NCBI GenBank assembly: GCA_945898515.1
Contig: CAMDIH010000003.1
Span: 991 to 64,990 of the forward strand
From: Candidatus Neomicrothrix parvicella RN1
GTDB lineage: Bacteria > Actinomycetota > Acidimicrobiia > Acidimicrobiales > VFJN01
Length of the DNA: 64,000 nucleotides
Direction of reading: 5' to 3'
The notes beneath the pieces were generated by a model. That model was not told the DNA's origin and searched no databases. It saw only the letters and a program-made list of their open reading frames with translations. Shown here piece by piece: positions 46,845 through 56,303 of the stretch; position 1 is the first letter of the stretch; each line of letters begins with the position of its first letter. The translations under genes were made by a program, and so were the position numbers.

Positions 46845-47555
46845 TTAGGTAGAGAAGCGAAGCCCACGGAAGGCTTCGGCATACTCCAAGCCGCTGCGCT
46901 GTCCCTCCTCGGCGGCGCGATGCGCCAAAAGTTCCCGCACCAAATCGGGATCACCGCCCAGACGACTCTCGTGGCACACCACCGCCTCCACTTTGGTGGC
47001 CAACACCGCCTCGATGTCTACCCAGGTGTCGGCCTCCAGCGTGCCCGAGAGCAACACAAGCCCTACTTGATGGGCGGTGCCGGCGGCGGGTTCGTAGAGC
47101 GGGCTCGCGGCAGGCACGAGCGAGTCGACCACGGCCCACCCGAGTTGCCGGTGGTCCCGATGGTTCACGTAACTATCGCCGAAGAACACCGCGGTGGGAT
47201 CAGGTGCGATCAGAGCATCGGGCCGCAGTCGGCGGATGATCTCCAACAGGACCAGCCGCAGGGGGGCGTCGTTGCCGATCTCCCCGTCGGGGTACCCGAG
47301 GTACTCCACGCCCGCAAGGCCAAGCACCGCGGCCGCCCGGCGCACCTCCTCGGCCCGGTGGTCGGCGAGCGCATCAGGGTCCGTGGACGGGTCGAAGCTC
47401 CCTTTGTCACCCCGGTTGGCGATCACCAGATGCACCTCGGTGCCGAGCGAAGCCCAGCGAGCGAGGGTGCCACCGCAGCCCACCTCAGGATCATCGGGGT
47501 GGGCGAACACGGCGAGGGCGCGCCGGGGAATGGTGCCCTCAATCACGGCTCCCAT
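46845..47555 (-). CDS. PIG-L/LmbE-family deacetylase (MshB/Mca-like)
   Basis: ATG 47555. AHPDDPEVGCGGTLA and a downstream HRDH. The N-terminal half of ORF 46845..48041 is antisense to the IMPase gene and was rejected. Confidence 0.8.
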   Translation of the reverse strand: MGAVIEGTIPRRALAVFAHPDDPEVGCGGTLARWASLGTEVHLVIANRGDKGSFDPSTDPDALADHRAEEVRRAAAVLGLAGVEYLGYPDGEIGNDAPLRLVLLEIIRRLRPDALIAPDPTAVFFGDSYVNHRDHRQLGWAVVDSLVPAASPLYEPAAGTAHQVGLVLLSGTLEADTWVDIEAVLATKVEAVVCHESRLGGDPDLVRELLAHRAAEEGQRSGLEYAEAFRGLRFST

Positions 47556-47696
47556 CTCCGGACGGCATCGCAAACAACGGGGTGCTTCACACACCTCACC
47601 GTACTGCCCGGCCAGGCCGGGCCGGGGCCCCTGGTATCCCGGTGCTGATCGCCCCGCTCCCGCCCGTCGATCCGCCACAGAACCTATCGTCGTGCC

Positions 47697-48500
47697 ATGA
47701 CCGCTGAGCCCGACCTGGCCATCCTCCGCTCCCTCTGCGAACGGGTAGCCCGGGAGGCCGGTCGCCTGCTGCGCAACGGCATGACACGAACCGACATCCA
47801 GGTGGAGGCAAAGCGAACCGAGACCGACCTGGTAACCGAGATGGACCGAGCCTCCGAAGCACTGATCACTCAGCGGCTCATCGAGTGGCGGCCCGACGAC
47901 GGCATCCTCGGGGAGGAAGGGGCCTACCGAGACGGCACCAGCGGTGTGCGCTGGATCGTGGACCCCCTCGACGGCACCACCAATTATCTCTACGGCCTTT
48001 CGGGATTCAACGTGTCTATCGGTGTTGAGGTGAACGAACAACCAGCGGCCGGAGCGGTGTACGACATCGTGCGCGATGAACTCTTCAGCGCATCACGCGG
48101 CGGCGGGGCCACCCGCAACGGTGAGACCATCCAGACCACCTCGGCCCGCCATCTCCCTCACGCCCTCGTGGGGACCGGGTTCTCCTACGAGCCCCGCCAG
48201 CGCCGCCATCAGGCCGAGGTTCTCGTCACGCTGTTACCGAAGGTTCGCGACATCCGCCGCCAGGGCGCCGCCGCCCTGGATCTGTGCTCGGTGGCCTGCG
48301 GACGCCTCGATGCCTACTACGAACAGGGGTTGTCGCCGTGGGACGTCGCCGCCGGCGGCCTGATCGCCATCGAGGCCGGGGCGGCGGTTACCAACCTGGC
48401 TGGCGATGCGGTTACCGCCGGCACGGTCGTGGCTGCTGCCCCGGGCATCGCGCCCGCGCTGCGAAGCCTGCTGCAGAGCGCCGGCGCCACCGACGCCTAA
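47697..48500 (+). CDS. inositol monophosphatase family protein (SuhB/ImpA-like)
   Basis: GEEG, WIVDPLDGTTNYLYG and WDVAAG motifs. Confidence 0.9.
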   Translation: MTAEPDLAILRSLCERVAREAGRLLRNGMTRTDIQVEAKRTETDLVTEMDRASEALITQRLIEWRPDDGILGEEGAYRDGTSGVRWIVDPLDGTTNYLYGLSGFNVSIGVEVNEQPAAGAVYDIVRDELFSASRGGGATRNGETIQTTSARHLPHALVGTGFSYEPRQRRHQAEVLVTLLPKVRDIRRQGAAALDLCSVACGRLDAYYEQGLSPWDVAAGGLIAIEAGAAVTNLAGDAVTAGTVVAAAPGIAPALRSLLQSAGATDA

Positions 48501-48599
48501 CGCCCCGAGCGATTGCGGCCATCGCTGACAGAGGGGCCAATCCGGCTGTAACCCGATCGCAACACGAACGCCACCAAACCGGCAACCCGGGCGGGCAAG

Positions 48600-48914
48600 G
48601 TGGCTCCCATGTCTTCTTCACCCGGGCAACGAGAGCCAGTCACGATGCGGACCAATGGTGCTGGCGTGGTGATCGAGTTGACCGATCTTCTCGACGCGCA
48701 GACGGGGGCTGCGCTGGTGACGGCGACCAACCTGGCGGTGGAGATGTCCCCCGACCGCGTCGACATCGACCTACGCTGCTTGCAGTCCTGGACCCAGGAT
48801 GGGGCTTCCTCTCTGGTGCGCTGTCGGGAAATCTGCAGTGACCTGCCTGATGGCCTCCACTACCGCACGGGCCGTGGGCCAGGTCGAGCTGCGCTGCTCG
48901 CCGCCTACACCTGA
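48600..48914 (+). CDS. hypothetical protein, possibly STAS-like
   Basis: 104 codons immediately upstream of mtrA. The VVIELTDLLDAQTGAAL...VDIDLRCL pattern is reminiscent of anti-sigma antagonists. Weak call. Confidence 0.4.
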   Translation: MAPMSSSPGQREPVTMRTNGAGVVIELTDLLDAQTGAALVTATNLAVEMSPDRVDIDLRCLQSWTQDGASSLVRCREICSDLPDGLHYRTGRGPGRAALLAAYT

Positions 48915-48917
48915 GCC

Positions 48918-49643
48918 ATGCCGTCGCCCTTCGGCGACGATCTCATCACTAGGATGCGTTCTGTGTCCACGCACATCCTGGCAGTCGAAGACGACGAGCG
49001 GATCCGCACCGCGGTCAAACTCGCCCTCGAAGATGAGGGATGGGTGGTGGCCGAGGCGGCCACCGGCGAAGATGCCCTCACCGCCTTTCAGCAGCAGCCT
49101 GCCGATGTGGTGCTCATCGACATCATGCTCCCGGGAATCGACGGCTTCGAAGTGTGTCGCTCCATCCGCCGCCTTTCTGACGTACCCATTGTGATGGTCA
49201 CCGCTCGGGCGGACACCCACGACGTGGTGGCCGGCCTTGAAGCCGGGGCCGACGACTACCTCACCAAACCCTTCGCCCCCAAGGAATTGTCGGCTCGTAT
49301 CCGGGCCCTATTGCGCCGGGCCCGGACCTCCGAGGTCGCTTCACCGCATCTTCGCTTCGGCGACCTCGAGATCGTGGCCGAGGAGGGCGTAGTGCGTCGC
49401 AGCGGTCACGATGTCCACCTCACCAAGACCGAGTTCCGGGTGCTGGTGGAGCTCGCCCAAAGCCCCGGGCGGGTGTTCAGCCGTGAGGTGCTGCTCGAAC
49501 GAATCTGGGGCTACGGCTACTTCGGCGATGGGCGCTTAGTTGATGTGCACGTGCGGCGGCTCCGCACCAAGGTTGAAGCCGATCCCGCGCATCCCCGGCA
49601 CGTCGTCACGGTGCGCGGGCTCGGCTACAAGCTCCAGGTCTGA
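48918..49643 (+). CDS. mtrA: OmpR-family response regulator (MtrA-like)
   Basis: ILAVEDDERI, D in VLIDIMLPGIDG, KPF, and a winged-helix C-terminus (VVTVRGLGYKL). Alternative ATG at 48954. Confidence 0.88.
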   Translation: MPSPFGDDLITRMRSVSTHILAVEDDERIRTAVKLALEDEGWVVAEAATGEDALTAFQQQPADVVLIDIMLPGIDGFEVCRSIRRLSDVPIVMVTARADTHDVVAGLEAGADDYLTKPFAPKELSARIRALLRRARTSEVASPHLRFGDLEIVAEEGVVRRSGHDVHLTKTEFRVLVELAQSPGRVFSREVLLERIWGYGYFGDGRLVDVHVRRLRTKVEADPAHPRHVVTVRGLGYKLQV

Positions 49644-49668
49644 CATCGCCGCTCTCCGCCGTTTCCTG

Positions 49669-51045
49669 ATGACCCAGCACCTCGGGTTGCGAGCCAGAAT
49701 CACCCTGGCGTTCGCCATCGGCACCCTCGTGCTCTCCGCCCTGCTTTCGGCGACGGCGTGGGGCCTCACGCGCCAAAACCTGCTCGATCAACGAGAGGAC
49801 TCCTCCGGCGTGGTCTTCTACCGGAACGCTGAGATCGTGCAACAACGCCTTCCCACCGAAACCGACGCGCTGACCCTGGTGGGAAGTCTTGCCACCCCCC
49901 TCGGGGCGCACCCCATCGTGTACTCCGACGGCGCCTATACGCCTCTCACCCCCGAGTTCGGGCGAGAGGCGTTGCCAGCGGCTGTTCGAGACGCCGTGCT
50001 GAGCGGTGAACCTGTTCGCATGCGCTTCCGACTGCGCGGGGACATGCAACTGGCGATCGGCATCCCCATCCCCTCCGCTAACGCGGCCTACTTCGAGATC
50101 ATCCCGCTGGAGGACATCGACGCCACCCTTGCCGCGTTGGGCATGTCCCTGCTGGCTGCCTCGCTGGTGACCGCCCTCGCGGGCGCCACGCTGGGATGGT
50201 GGGCCTCCCGCCGCGCCCTTCGGCCGCTATCTGATGTGTCCACCGCCGCCATGGCCCTGGCGGCGGGGCGCCTCGACACCCGTCTCAGCCCCAGTCGAGA
50301 CCCGGACCTGCGTCCGATCTCGGCCTCCTTCAACGACATGGCGCAAGCGCTCCAAGATCGGATCGAACGAGACGCCCAGTTTGCTTCGGACGTAAGCCAT
50401 GAACTGCGCTCCCCCCTGATGACCCTGGCGGCGTCGATTGAGGTGATGGACAACCAACGCGATGACCTCACCGAACGTGCCCAGGCGGCGCTCGACCTGA
50501 TGACGGGTGACATCGCTCGCTTTCAACAGTTGGTCGAGGACCTCCTGGAGATCTCGCGATTCGATGCCGGCGTGGTCCGGCTTGAGTTGGAGGAAGTCCA
50601 TCTGGCCGAACTCGTGATGCAGGCGGTGAGGCACTCCACCGATCGCGATATTCCCGTGGAACTCGATGCCGAGTTGGCGGGCGTCGTGGTGCGGGCCGAC
50701 AAGCGCCGGATCGTTCGGGTCATCGCTAACCTGCTGGACAACGCTGCCAAATACGGCGGGGGGGCCACTAGCGTGTCGCTGCGTGGGGTCGACAACGGTG
50801 TCCAGATCGCCATCGAGGATCGTGGCGAGGGTGTGCCTGAGGAAGACCGAGCGCAGATCTTCGGCCGGTTCAACCGGGGGGGATTGGCCGGTCGGCGAAG
50901 CGCCAGCGATGGGGTCGGGCTCGGGCTGGCGCTGGTGAGCGAACACGTGGGCCTGCACGGCGGCCGGATATGGGTGGAAGACCGAACCGACGGCCTCAGC
51001 GGTGCCCGATTCGTCATTGAGTTACCGGTGGAGGAGCCAGGATGA
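49669..51045 (+). CDS. mtrB: sensor histidine kinase (MtrB-like)
   Basis: Two TM helices flanking a periplasmic segment, a HAMP domain, the H-box SHELRSPL, and the N and G boxes (NLLDNAAKYG, GVGLGLALV). ATG 49669. Confidence 0.88.
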   Translation: MTQHLGLRARITLAFAIGTLVLSALLSATAWGLTRQNLLDQREDSSGVVFYRNAEIVQQRLPTETDALTLVGSLATPLGAHPIVYSDGAYTPLTPEFGREALPAAVRDAVLSGEPVRMRFRLRGDMQLAIGIPIPSANAAYFEIIPLEDIDATLAALGMSLLAASLVTALAGATLGWWASRRALRPLSDVSTAAMALAAGRLDTRLSPSRDPDLRPISASFNDMAQALQDRIERDAQFASDVSHELRSPLMTLAASIEVMDNQRDDLTERAQAALDLMTGDIARFQQLVEDLLEISRFDAGVVRLELEEVHLAELVMQAVRHSTDRDIPVELDAELAGVVVRADKRRIVRVIANLLDNAAKYGGGATSVSLRGVDNGVQIAIEDRGEGVPEEDRAQIFGRFNRGGLAGRRSASDGVGLGLALVSEHVGLHGGRIWVEDRTDGLSGARFVIELPVEEPG

Positions 51046-51641
51046 TCCGGGGCGGCCGTCTCCTGGTGCTGGCCGTGTTGCTCGCCACGGGCTGCGGCGT
51101 GTCCGCCGACGGCCAGCCACAGGCTATCGAGCCAGCGAACCTGCCCCCGGGCCTGCTCGATGCCAATCCAACTTCCAGCACCACGCTCCCCGAATCCCTC
51201 TCCACCACTACGGTCGAGGTGTATTTCTTGCAACGCCAGGGCGATACCAGCGTGCTTGTTTCGGTGTCCCGAGAAGTAAGGAAGAGCGAGGCCACCCTGC
51301 CGGGGACCCGCATCGCCCCGCTACTGGCGGCCCCCACTCTTGGGGAACAGCAGCAAGGACTCACCACGGCGATTCCTCCCGCCACCAAGCTTTTGCGAGC
51401 GCCGGCACCCGCCGGCTCCGACGATCTGCTCATCGACCTCTCCAGTGAGCTCTTTGATGCCCAGGGTCAAGATTTGGCCAACGCCTTTGGCCAGATCGTT
51501 TGGACGGTGACCGAAATTCCCGGGATCACCGGCGTGCGCTTCCTGCGCGATGGGGTGGCCATCAACGCCGTTGATGACCAGGGCGTTGAGCAGCAAGGAG
51601 CGGTGAGCAAAGCCAACTACCAATCTCTGGCGCCAGGGTAG
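51042..51641 (+). CDS. GerMN-domain lipoprotein in the LpqB position
   Basis: The ATG overlaps the mtrB stop (ATGA). Lipobox LLATGC. GerMN-like pattern VEVYFL...GLTTAIPPATKLL...DLSSEF...QIVWTVTEIPGITGVRF. Only 199 aa. Confidence 0.7.
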   Translation: MIRGGRLLVLAVLLATGCGVSADGQPQAIEPANLPPGLLDANPTSSTTLPESLSTTTVEVYFLQRQGDTSVLVSVSREVRKSEATLPGTRIAPLLAAPTLGEQQQGLTTAIPPATKLLRAPAPAGSDDLLIDLSSELFDAQGQDLANAFGQIVWTVTEIPGITGVRFLRDGVAINAVDDQGVEQQGAVSKANYQSLAPG

Positions 51642-51686
51642 GCACGTTCCCGCCTGATGTCCGAGAGCGTCTAGCGTGAGCGTTGG

Positions 51687-53168
51687 ATGTCTGTCATCGT
51701 CGCCATTGACGCCGGTACCACCGGTGTACGGGCCTTTGCCCTGCGCGACGACGGCACCGCCGCCGGCATCTCCTACACCGAGTTCACCCAACACTTCCCA
51801 CGACCCGGCTGGGTCGAACACGACGCGCTGGAGATTTGGCGGGCCGTCCAGCACACGCTGAGCGACCTGACCAGTCGGCTCACTGAACCCATCGCGGCGG
51901 TGGGCATCACCGACCAGCGAGAGACCGTGGTCGCATGGGATCGTCGTACGGGCCAGCCTCTGCACCGGGCCATCGTGTGGCAGGACCGCCGCACTGCCGA
52001 GCGCTGCGATGCCCTGAGCGAGAGCGGCTTCGGGCCGCTCGTGCGCCGCACCACCGGCCTCGTAGTCGACCCCTACTTCTCCGCCACCAAGTTCGAGTGG
52101 CTCCTCACCGAGGGCGGAGTGGTAACCGGCCCCGATCTCGCCCTGGGCACCATCGACAGTTGGATCCTCTGGAACCTGACCGGCGGACCAAACGGCGGTG
52201 TGCACGCCACGGAACCTTCCAACGCCAGCCGCACCATGCTCTTGGATATCCGCACCCTTACCTGGTCGGCGGAGCTGAGCGATCATTTCAGTGTGCCGAC
52301 GGCGGCACTACCTGAAGTCCGGCCCTCCTCCGGCCGCTTCGGTGTCACGGCGGCGGGCACCGGGCTGCCAACGGGCCTCCCCGTATCGGGCATGGCGGGC
52401 GACCAACAGGCCGCCCTGTTCGGGCAGGCCTGCTTAGAACCGGGGATGACGAAGAACACCTATGGCACCGGCAGTTTTGTCCTCATGAACGTGGGCACAA
52501 CGTGTCCGGAGCCCGCCGAGGGCCTGCTCACAACGGTGGCTTGGACACTGGCCGATGGCACCTCGGCCTACGCGCTCGAGGGCGCCATCTTTTCCGCCGG
52601 CAGCGCCGTGCAATGGCTCCGCGACGCCCTTGGCATCATCGATAAACCCCAAGACATCGAGGCCCTGGCTGCCTCCGTGCCCGACTCGGGGGGGTGCTAC
52701 ATCGTTCCCGCATTCACCGGACTCGGCAGCCCCTGGTGGGATCCGCACGCCCGGGGCACCATCATGGGCATCACTCGCGGCACCAACCGGGCCCACCTCG
52801 CTCGAGCGGTGCTGCAGGCCATCAGCCTCCAGACTCGCGACGTGGTCCGGGCCATGAGCGAGGCATCGGGCTATCCCATCACTGCGCTCAAGGCCGACGG
52901 CGGGGCGGCGGCCAACAACCTGTTACTTCAACTGCAGGCCGATGATCTCCAGGTAGCAGTGTCACGACCGGTGATCCAGGAGACCACCGCCATGGGCAGT
53001 GCCTACCTTGCGGGGCTGGCCGAGGGAGTCTGGGACTCCCCCGCCGACATCAGCGCCAACTGGAAACTTGACGCCACGTTTACGCCCACGGTTCCCGCCC
53101 GGCCCAACACCGAGGCCACGGCTGCCTGGCAACGGGCCATCGACCGCTCCCGCGGCGGCAACTTCTAA
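51687..53168 (+). CDS. glpK: glycerol kinase
   Basis: AIDAGTTGVRAF, GITDQRETVVAWD, GDQQAALFGQ, and C-terminal FGGY motifs. Confidence 0.95.
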   Translation: MSVIVAIDAGTTGVRAFALRDDGTAAGISYTEFTQHFPRPGWVEHDALEIWRAVQHTLSDLTSRLTEPIAAVGITDQRETVVAWDRRTGQPLHRAIVWQDRRTAERCDALSESGFGPLVRRTTGLVVDPYFSATKFEWLLTEGGVVTGPDLALGTIDSWILWNLTGGPNGGVHATEPSNASRTMLLDIRTLTWSAELSDHFSVPTAALPEVRPSSGRFGVTAAGTGLPTGLPVSGMAGDQQAALFGQACLEPGMTKNTYGTGSFVLMNVGTTCPEPAEGLLTTVAWTLADGTSAYALEGAIFSAGSAVQWLRDALGIIDKPQDIEALAASVPDSGGCYIVPAFTGLGSPWWDPHARGTIMGITRGTNRAHLARAVLQAISLQTRDVVRAMSEASGYPITALKADGGAAANNLLLQLQADDLQVAVSRPVIQETTAMGSAYLAGLAEGVWDSPADISANWKLDATFTPTVPARPNTEATAAWQRAIDRSRGGNF

Positions 53169-53178
53169 CCCCTCACAC

Positions 53179-53859
53179 TCAGCACGACACGGAGGGGTGG
53201 GCGCGCTGGGCCGCTCCCCTCAGGATCTCCCCCAAACGAGTGTCCACGATCTGGGCCAGGGCCGCCACCTGTCGTCGCTCCCGCGCCCGGTAGGCCGTAC
53301 CAACCCTGCCGACCACCAAGGCCAGGCCCGCCGTCGGAAGCGGCGACCACACCACATCATCGGGTCCGGTGTCGCCGGCGAGCACCCGAGCCGAAGACTG
53401 ACTCCCCCGCACGAACGCCTCCAGCCAGGGGGCAGCAGGCGCGTTCCCCTCCTGCGTGACCACCGACCCGTCCTCGATGGATAGCACCGCCGCCCAGTGC
53501 GCACCCACGGCGCGCCGGGCGTGGAGCACCACGCCGGCTAGGAGTTCATCCCGATCCGTAAGGCCCACCAGGATGGCCACCGTCTCCAGAGCATCCAGGC
53601 GCGGATCGTGTATGACCTCCACCACCCGCCGAATCTCCTCCACATCAACCCCATCTACCTGTTGGATCTCCTGCACCAGCAGTCCTTGCAGCGCACCGTC
53701 GGGCAGGTCCACCACCAACTCGTCAATGGCCCGACCCGCCCCACGCTCGAGGATCTCGATCCCCACAATCTCGCCCCGTACCGCCCCAATCCGGCTCGCT
53801 ACCTGACCCAGCGCGCCCGGTCGGTCGGGCAACCAAACCCGCACGATGAATGTCTCCAT
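53179..53859 (-). CDS. ACT-domain protein with a GAF-like C-terminal half
   Basis: ATG 53859. VRVWLPDRPGALGQVASRIGAVRGEIVGIEIL is an ACT fold signature. Divergent from the TetR gene. Confidence 0.6.
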   Translation of the reverse strand: METFIVRVWLPDRPGALGQVASRIGAVRGEIVGIEILERGAGRAIDELVVDLPDGALQGLLVQEIQQVDGVDVEEIRRVVEVIHDPRLDALETVAILVGLTDRDELLAGVVLHARRAVGAHWAAVLSIEDGSVVTQEGNAPAAPWLEAFVRGSQSSARVLAGDTGPDDVVWSPLPTAGLALVVGRVGTAYRARERRQVAALAQIVDTRLGEILRGAAQRAHPSVSC

Positions 53860-53975
53860 GATCGGAAAGATATCTACCGCAGGTGAACGACGTGTTTCCG
53901 GATGACGACGCCGCCAACAACACCTCGACTCGAACGTTGGGGTCCAAATAGTCAAGCGGACTACCGTTCCCATCC

Positions 53976-54563
53976 ATGACACGGCGGCTCACCCAACGAG
54001 GGCTCCAGCGGCGTGAAGAACTCATGACCTTCGCCACTGCTCGCTTCGCCGAACAGGGCTACCACCCCACCTCGGTGAGCGAAATCGTCGCGGGTCTCGG
54101 GGTGGGTAAGGGCGTCTTCTATTGGTACTTCGACTCGAAGGAACAGTTGTTCCTGGAGATTCTCAAGGATGCCCAGATGGATTTACGCCGCCGGCAACAG
54201 CAAGCCATCGGCGATGAGGCCGACCCCTTGCAACGAATCCGGCTCGGGCTACACGCGTCGTTGGCGTGGGCCGAGGCTCACCGCGACCACAACAAGTTGA
54301 TCCAATTCGCGTCCACCGAGAGCACGTTCGTCGACGCGCTTCGGCGAGGCCAGGACATTGCGGTGGCCGACGTAGTGCAACACGTGAAGGAGGCCATCGC
54401 GGGCGGCCACATTCGCGATGCCGACCCCGATGTGCTGGCCCACGCCATGGTGGGGGTCGCGGCACACCTCACGCGGGTGTTTATCTACGAACGAGGCGAG
54501 TCGGCCGAGGTCATTGCGGAGGCGACGGTGGCGTTCTGCCTGGATGGCCTCAGCCCAGCTTGA
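53976..54563 (+). CDS. TetR/AcrR-family transcriptional regulator
   Basis: HTH segment FAEQGYHPTSVSEIVAGLGVGKGVFYWYF. Confidence 0.88.
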   Translation: MTRRLTQRGLQRREELMTFATARFAEQGYHPTSVSEIVAGLGVGKGVFYWYFDSKEQLFLEILKDAQMDLRRRQQQAIGDEADPLQRIRLGLHASLAWAEAHRDHNKLIQFASTESTFVDALRRGQDIAVADVVQHVKEAIAGGHIRDADPDVLAHAMVGVAAHLTRVFIYERGESAEVIAEATVAFCLDGLSPA

Positions 54564-55737
54564 TCAGAACCTTCTTGAGGCTCCGCATAGCCTGATTGAT
54601 TCGTTGCTCGTTCTCGATCAGAGCGAAGCGCACGAAGCCATCACCGCCGGGTCCGAATCCGACCCCCGGCGAGGTCGCCACTTGAGCCTCGCGCACCAGC
54701 ATGGAGGAGAACTCGATGGAACCCATCTCACGATAGGGCTCCGGAATGGGAGCCCAGGCGAACATGGTGCCCTTGGGCCGAGCCATATCCCATCCCATGC
54801 GATCGAGACCATCACAAAGCGCATCGCGACGAGCCTGATAGATAGCGCCAACCTCCTTGGGGAAGTCGACCGCTTCGTTGAGGGTAACCGTGGCGGCAAT
54901 CTGGATCGGCTGGAAGGCGCCGTAATCGAGATATGACTTGAGCTTCGCCAACGCCTGAACCACCTCGCGATTTCCCGCCAGGAAGGCCATCCGCCAACCG
55001 GCCATCGAGAACGACTTGGTCATCGAGTACAACTCGACGGCACATTCCTTGGCGCCTTCCGCCTGCAGAATCGACGGCGGCTCCCACCCGTCGAACCCCA
55101 ACTCGGCGTAGGCGTTGTCGTGCACCACGATCACGTTGTTGGCCCGAGCAAAGTCCACCAGGTCCTGAAAGAACCCGAGATCGACACACGCGGTGGTGGG
55201 GTTGTGCGGAAACGAGCACACAATCACCTTCGGGCGCGGCCACGAGTACTCGAACACCGTCCGGATCCGTTCCAAAAACTGGCCGTCGTCGTTGACATCG
55301 GTGGTCATAGGGATCTCGCGCACCACCGCACCGGCAAAAAGCGGGCCCCAAATGTGGATCGGGTACGACGGCGACGGCACGATGGCTGCGTCGCCGGGGC
55401 CTAGCAGCACCCACATCAGGTGACTGAAGCCCTCCTTGGCTCCGATGGTGGAAATAACCTCGGTATCGGGGTCGAGGTCAACATCGAAGCGCCGCTTGTA
55501 CAGGCTGGCCACCGCCTGCCGCAGTTTCGGGATGCCCCGACTGGCCGAGTAGCGGTGGTTCCTCGTGTTCTGGGCGGCCTCGCAGAGTTTTTCCACGGCA
55601 ATCTCCGGGCTGGGGATGTCGGGGTTTCCGAAGCCGAGATCCACCACATCGTGTCCGGCTCGCCGGGCCTCCACCTTCAATCCGTCGATGATGGTGAACA
55701 CGTACGGGGGCATCTCGTTGATCCGACGGAACTCCAT
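54550..55737 (-). CDS. class I/II PLP aminotransferase (AlaC-like)
   Basis: INEMPPYVF, VDLGFGNPD, and SMTKSFSMAGWR (PLP lysine). Confidence 0.88.
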   Translation of the reverse strand: MEFRRINEMPPYVFTIIDGLKVEARRAGHDVVDLGFGNPDIPSPEIAVEKLCEAAQNTRNHRYSASRGIPKLRQAVASLYKRRFDVDLDPDTEVISTIGAKEGFSHLMWVLLGPGDAAIVPSPSYPIHIWGPLFAGAVVREIPMTTDVNDDGQFLERIRTVFEYSWPRPKVIVCSFPHNPTTACVDLGFFQDLVDFARANNVIVVHDNAYAELGFDGWEPPSILQAEGAKECAVELYSMTKSFSMAGWRMAFLAGNREVVQALAKLKSYLDYGAFQPIQIAATVTLNEAVDFPKEVGAIYQARRDALCDGLDRMGWDMARPKGTMFAWAPIPEPYREMGSIEFSSMLVREAQVATSPGVGFGPGGDGFVRFALIENEQRINQAMRSLKKVLIKLG

Positions 55738-55797
55738 CTCGTCAGGCTACCCCTGGCTCCTCCACTGCCCCGAGTTCTTTGGTGGCAAGATCTCTTG

Positions 55798-56295
55798 GTG
55801 GACAACAAGATCGAAGTCATCATCGAAATACCCCGCGGTAGCCGCAATAAGTACGAGTACGACCACGATCACCACATCATGCGCTTGGACCGTCGGCTCT
55901 TCACGGCCACGGGTTACCCGGCTGATTATGGATTCATCCCCAACACCTTGTCCGAGGACACCGATCCGCTCGACGCCCTCGTACTCCTCGACGACCCCAC
56001 CTTTCCGGGGTGCTGGGTGTCCTCCCGCCCGATCGCTGTGTTCTGGATGACCGATGACGCTGGCCCCGACGCCAAGATCATTTGCGTCCCCGCCGACGAC
56101 CCCCGCTGGGCGCACATCACCGACCTGGACACCCTGCCCGACCATCTGGGGCAGGAGATCAGCCACTTCTTCGAGGTCTACAAGGCGCTCGAGCCCGCTA
56201 AATACTCCACGGTGGAGGGATGGGAAGGGGCGGCGGCAGCCTGGCAGGAGATTCGAGATTGCCAGGAACGCTTCACCCAACAAGCGTTGCCATAG
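55798..56295 (+). CDS. ppa: family I inorganic pyrophosphatase
   Basis: EIPRGSRNKYEYD and YPADYGFIPNTLSEDTDPLDALVL motifs. GTG 55798 (or TTG 55795). The upstream 126 codons of ORF 55420..56295 are antisense to the aminotransferase gene. Confidence 0.9.
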   Translation: MDNKIEVIIEIPRGSRNKYEYDHDHHIMRLDRRLFTATGYPADYGFIPNTLSEDTDPLDALVLLDDPTFPGCWVSSRPIAVFWMTDDAGPDAKIICVPADDPRWAHITDLDTLPDHLGQEISHFFEVYKALEPAKYSTVEGWEGAAAAWQEIRDCQERFTQQALP

Positions 56296-56303
56296 CGGGC
56301 ACC

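Noticed and set aside
47556-48041. N-terminal 162 codons of ORF 46845..48041, which would make a 398-aa PIG-L protein.
   Set aside because: This part is antisense to the strongly supported IMPase gene and has no PIG-L homology. The family domain begins right after ATG 47555.
53860-53975. Possible TetR operator in the ACT/TetR divergent spacer (AGATATCT, TCCGGA, AACGTT).
   Set aside because: There are only 6-8-bp self-complementary cores with no extended arms, so I cannot distinguish them from chance. No call made.
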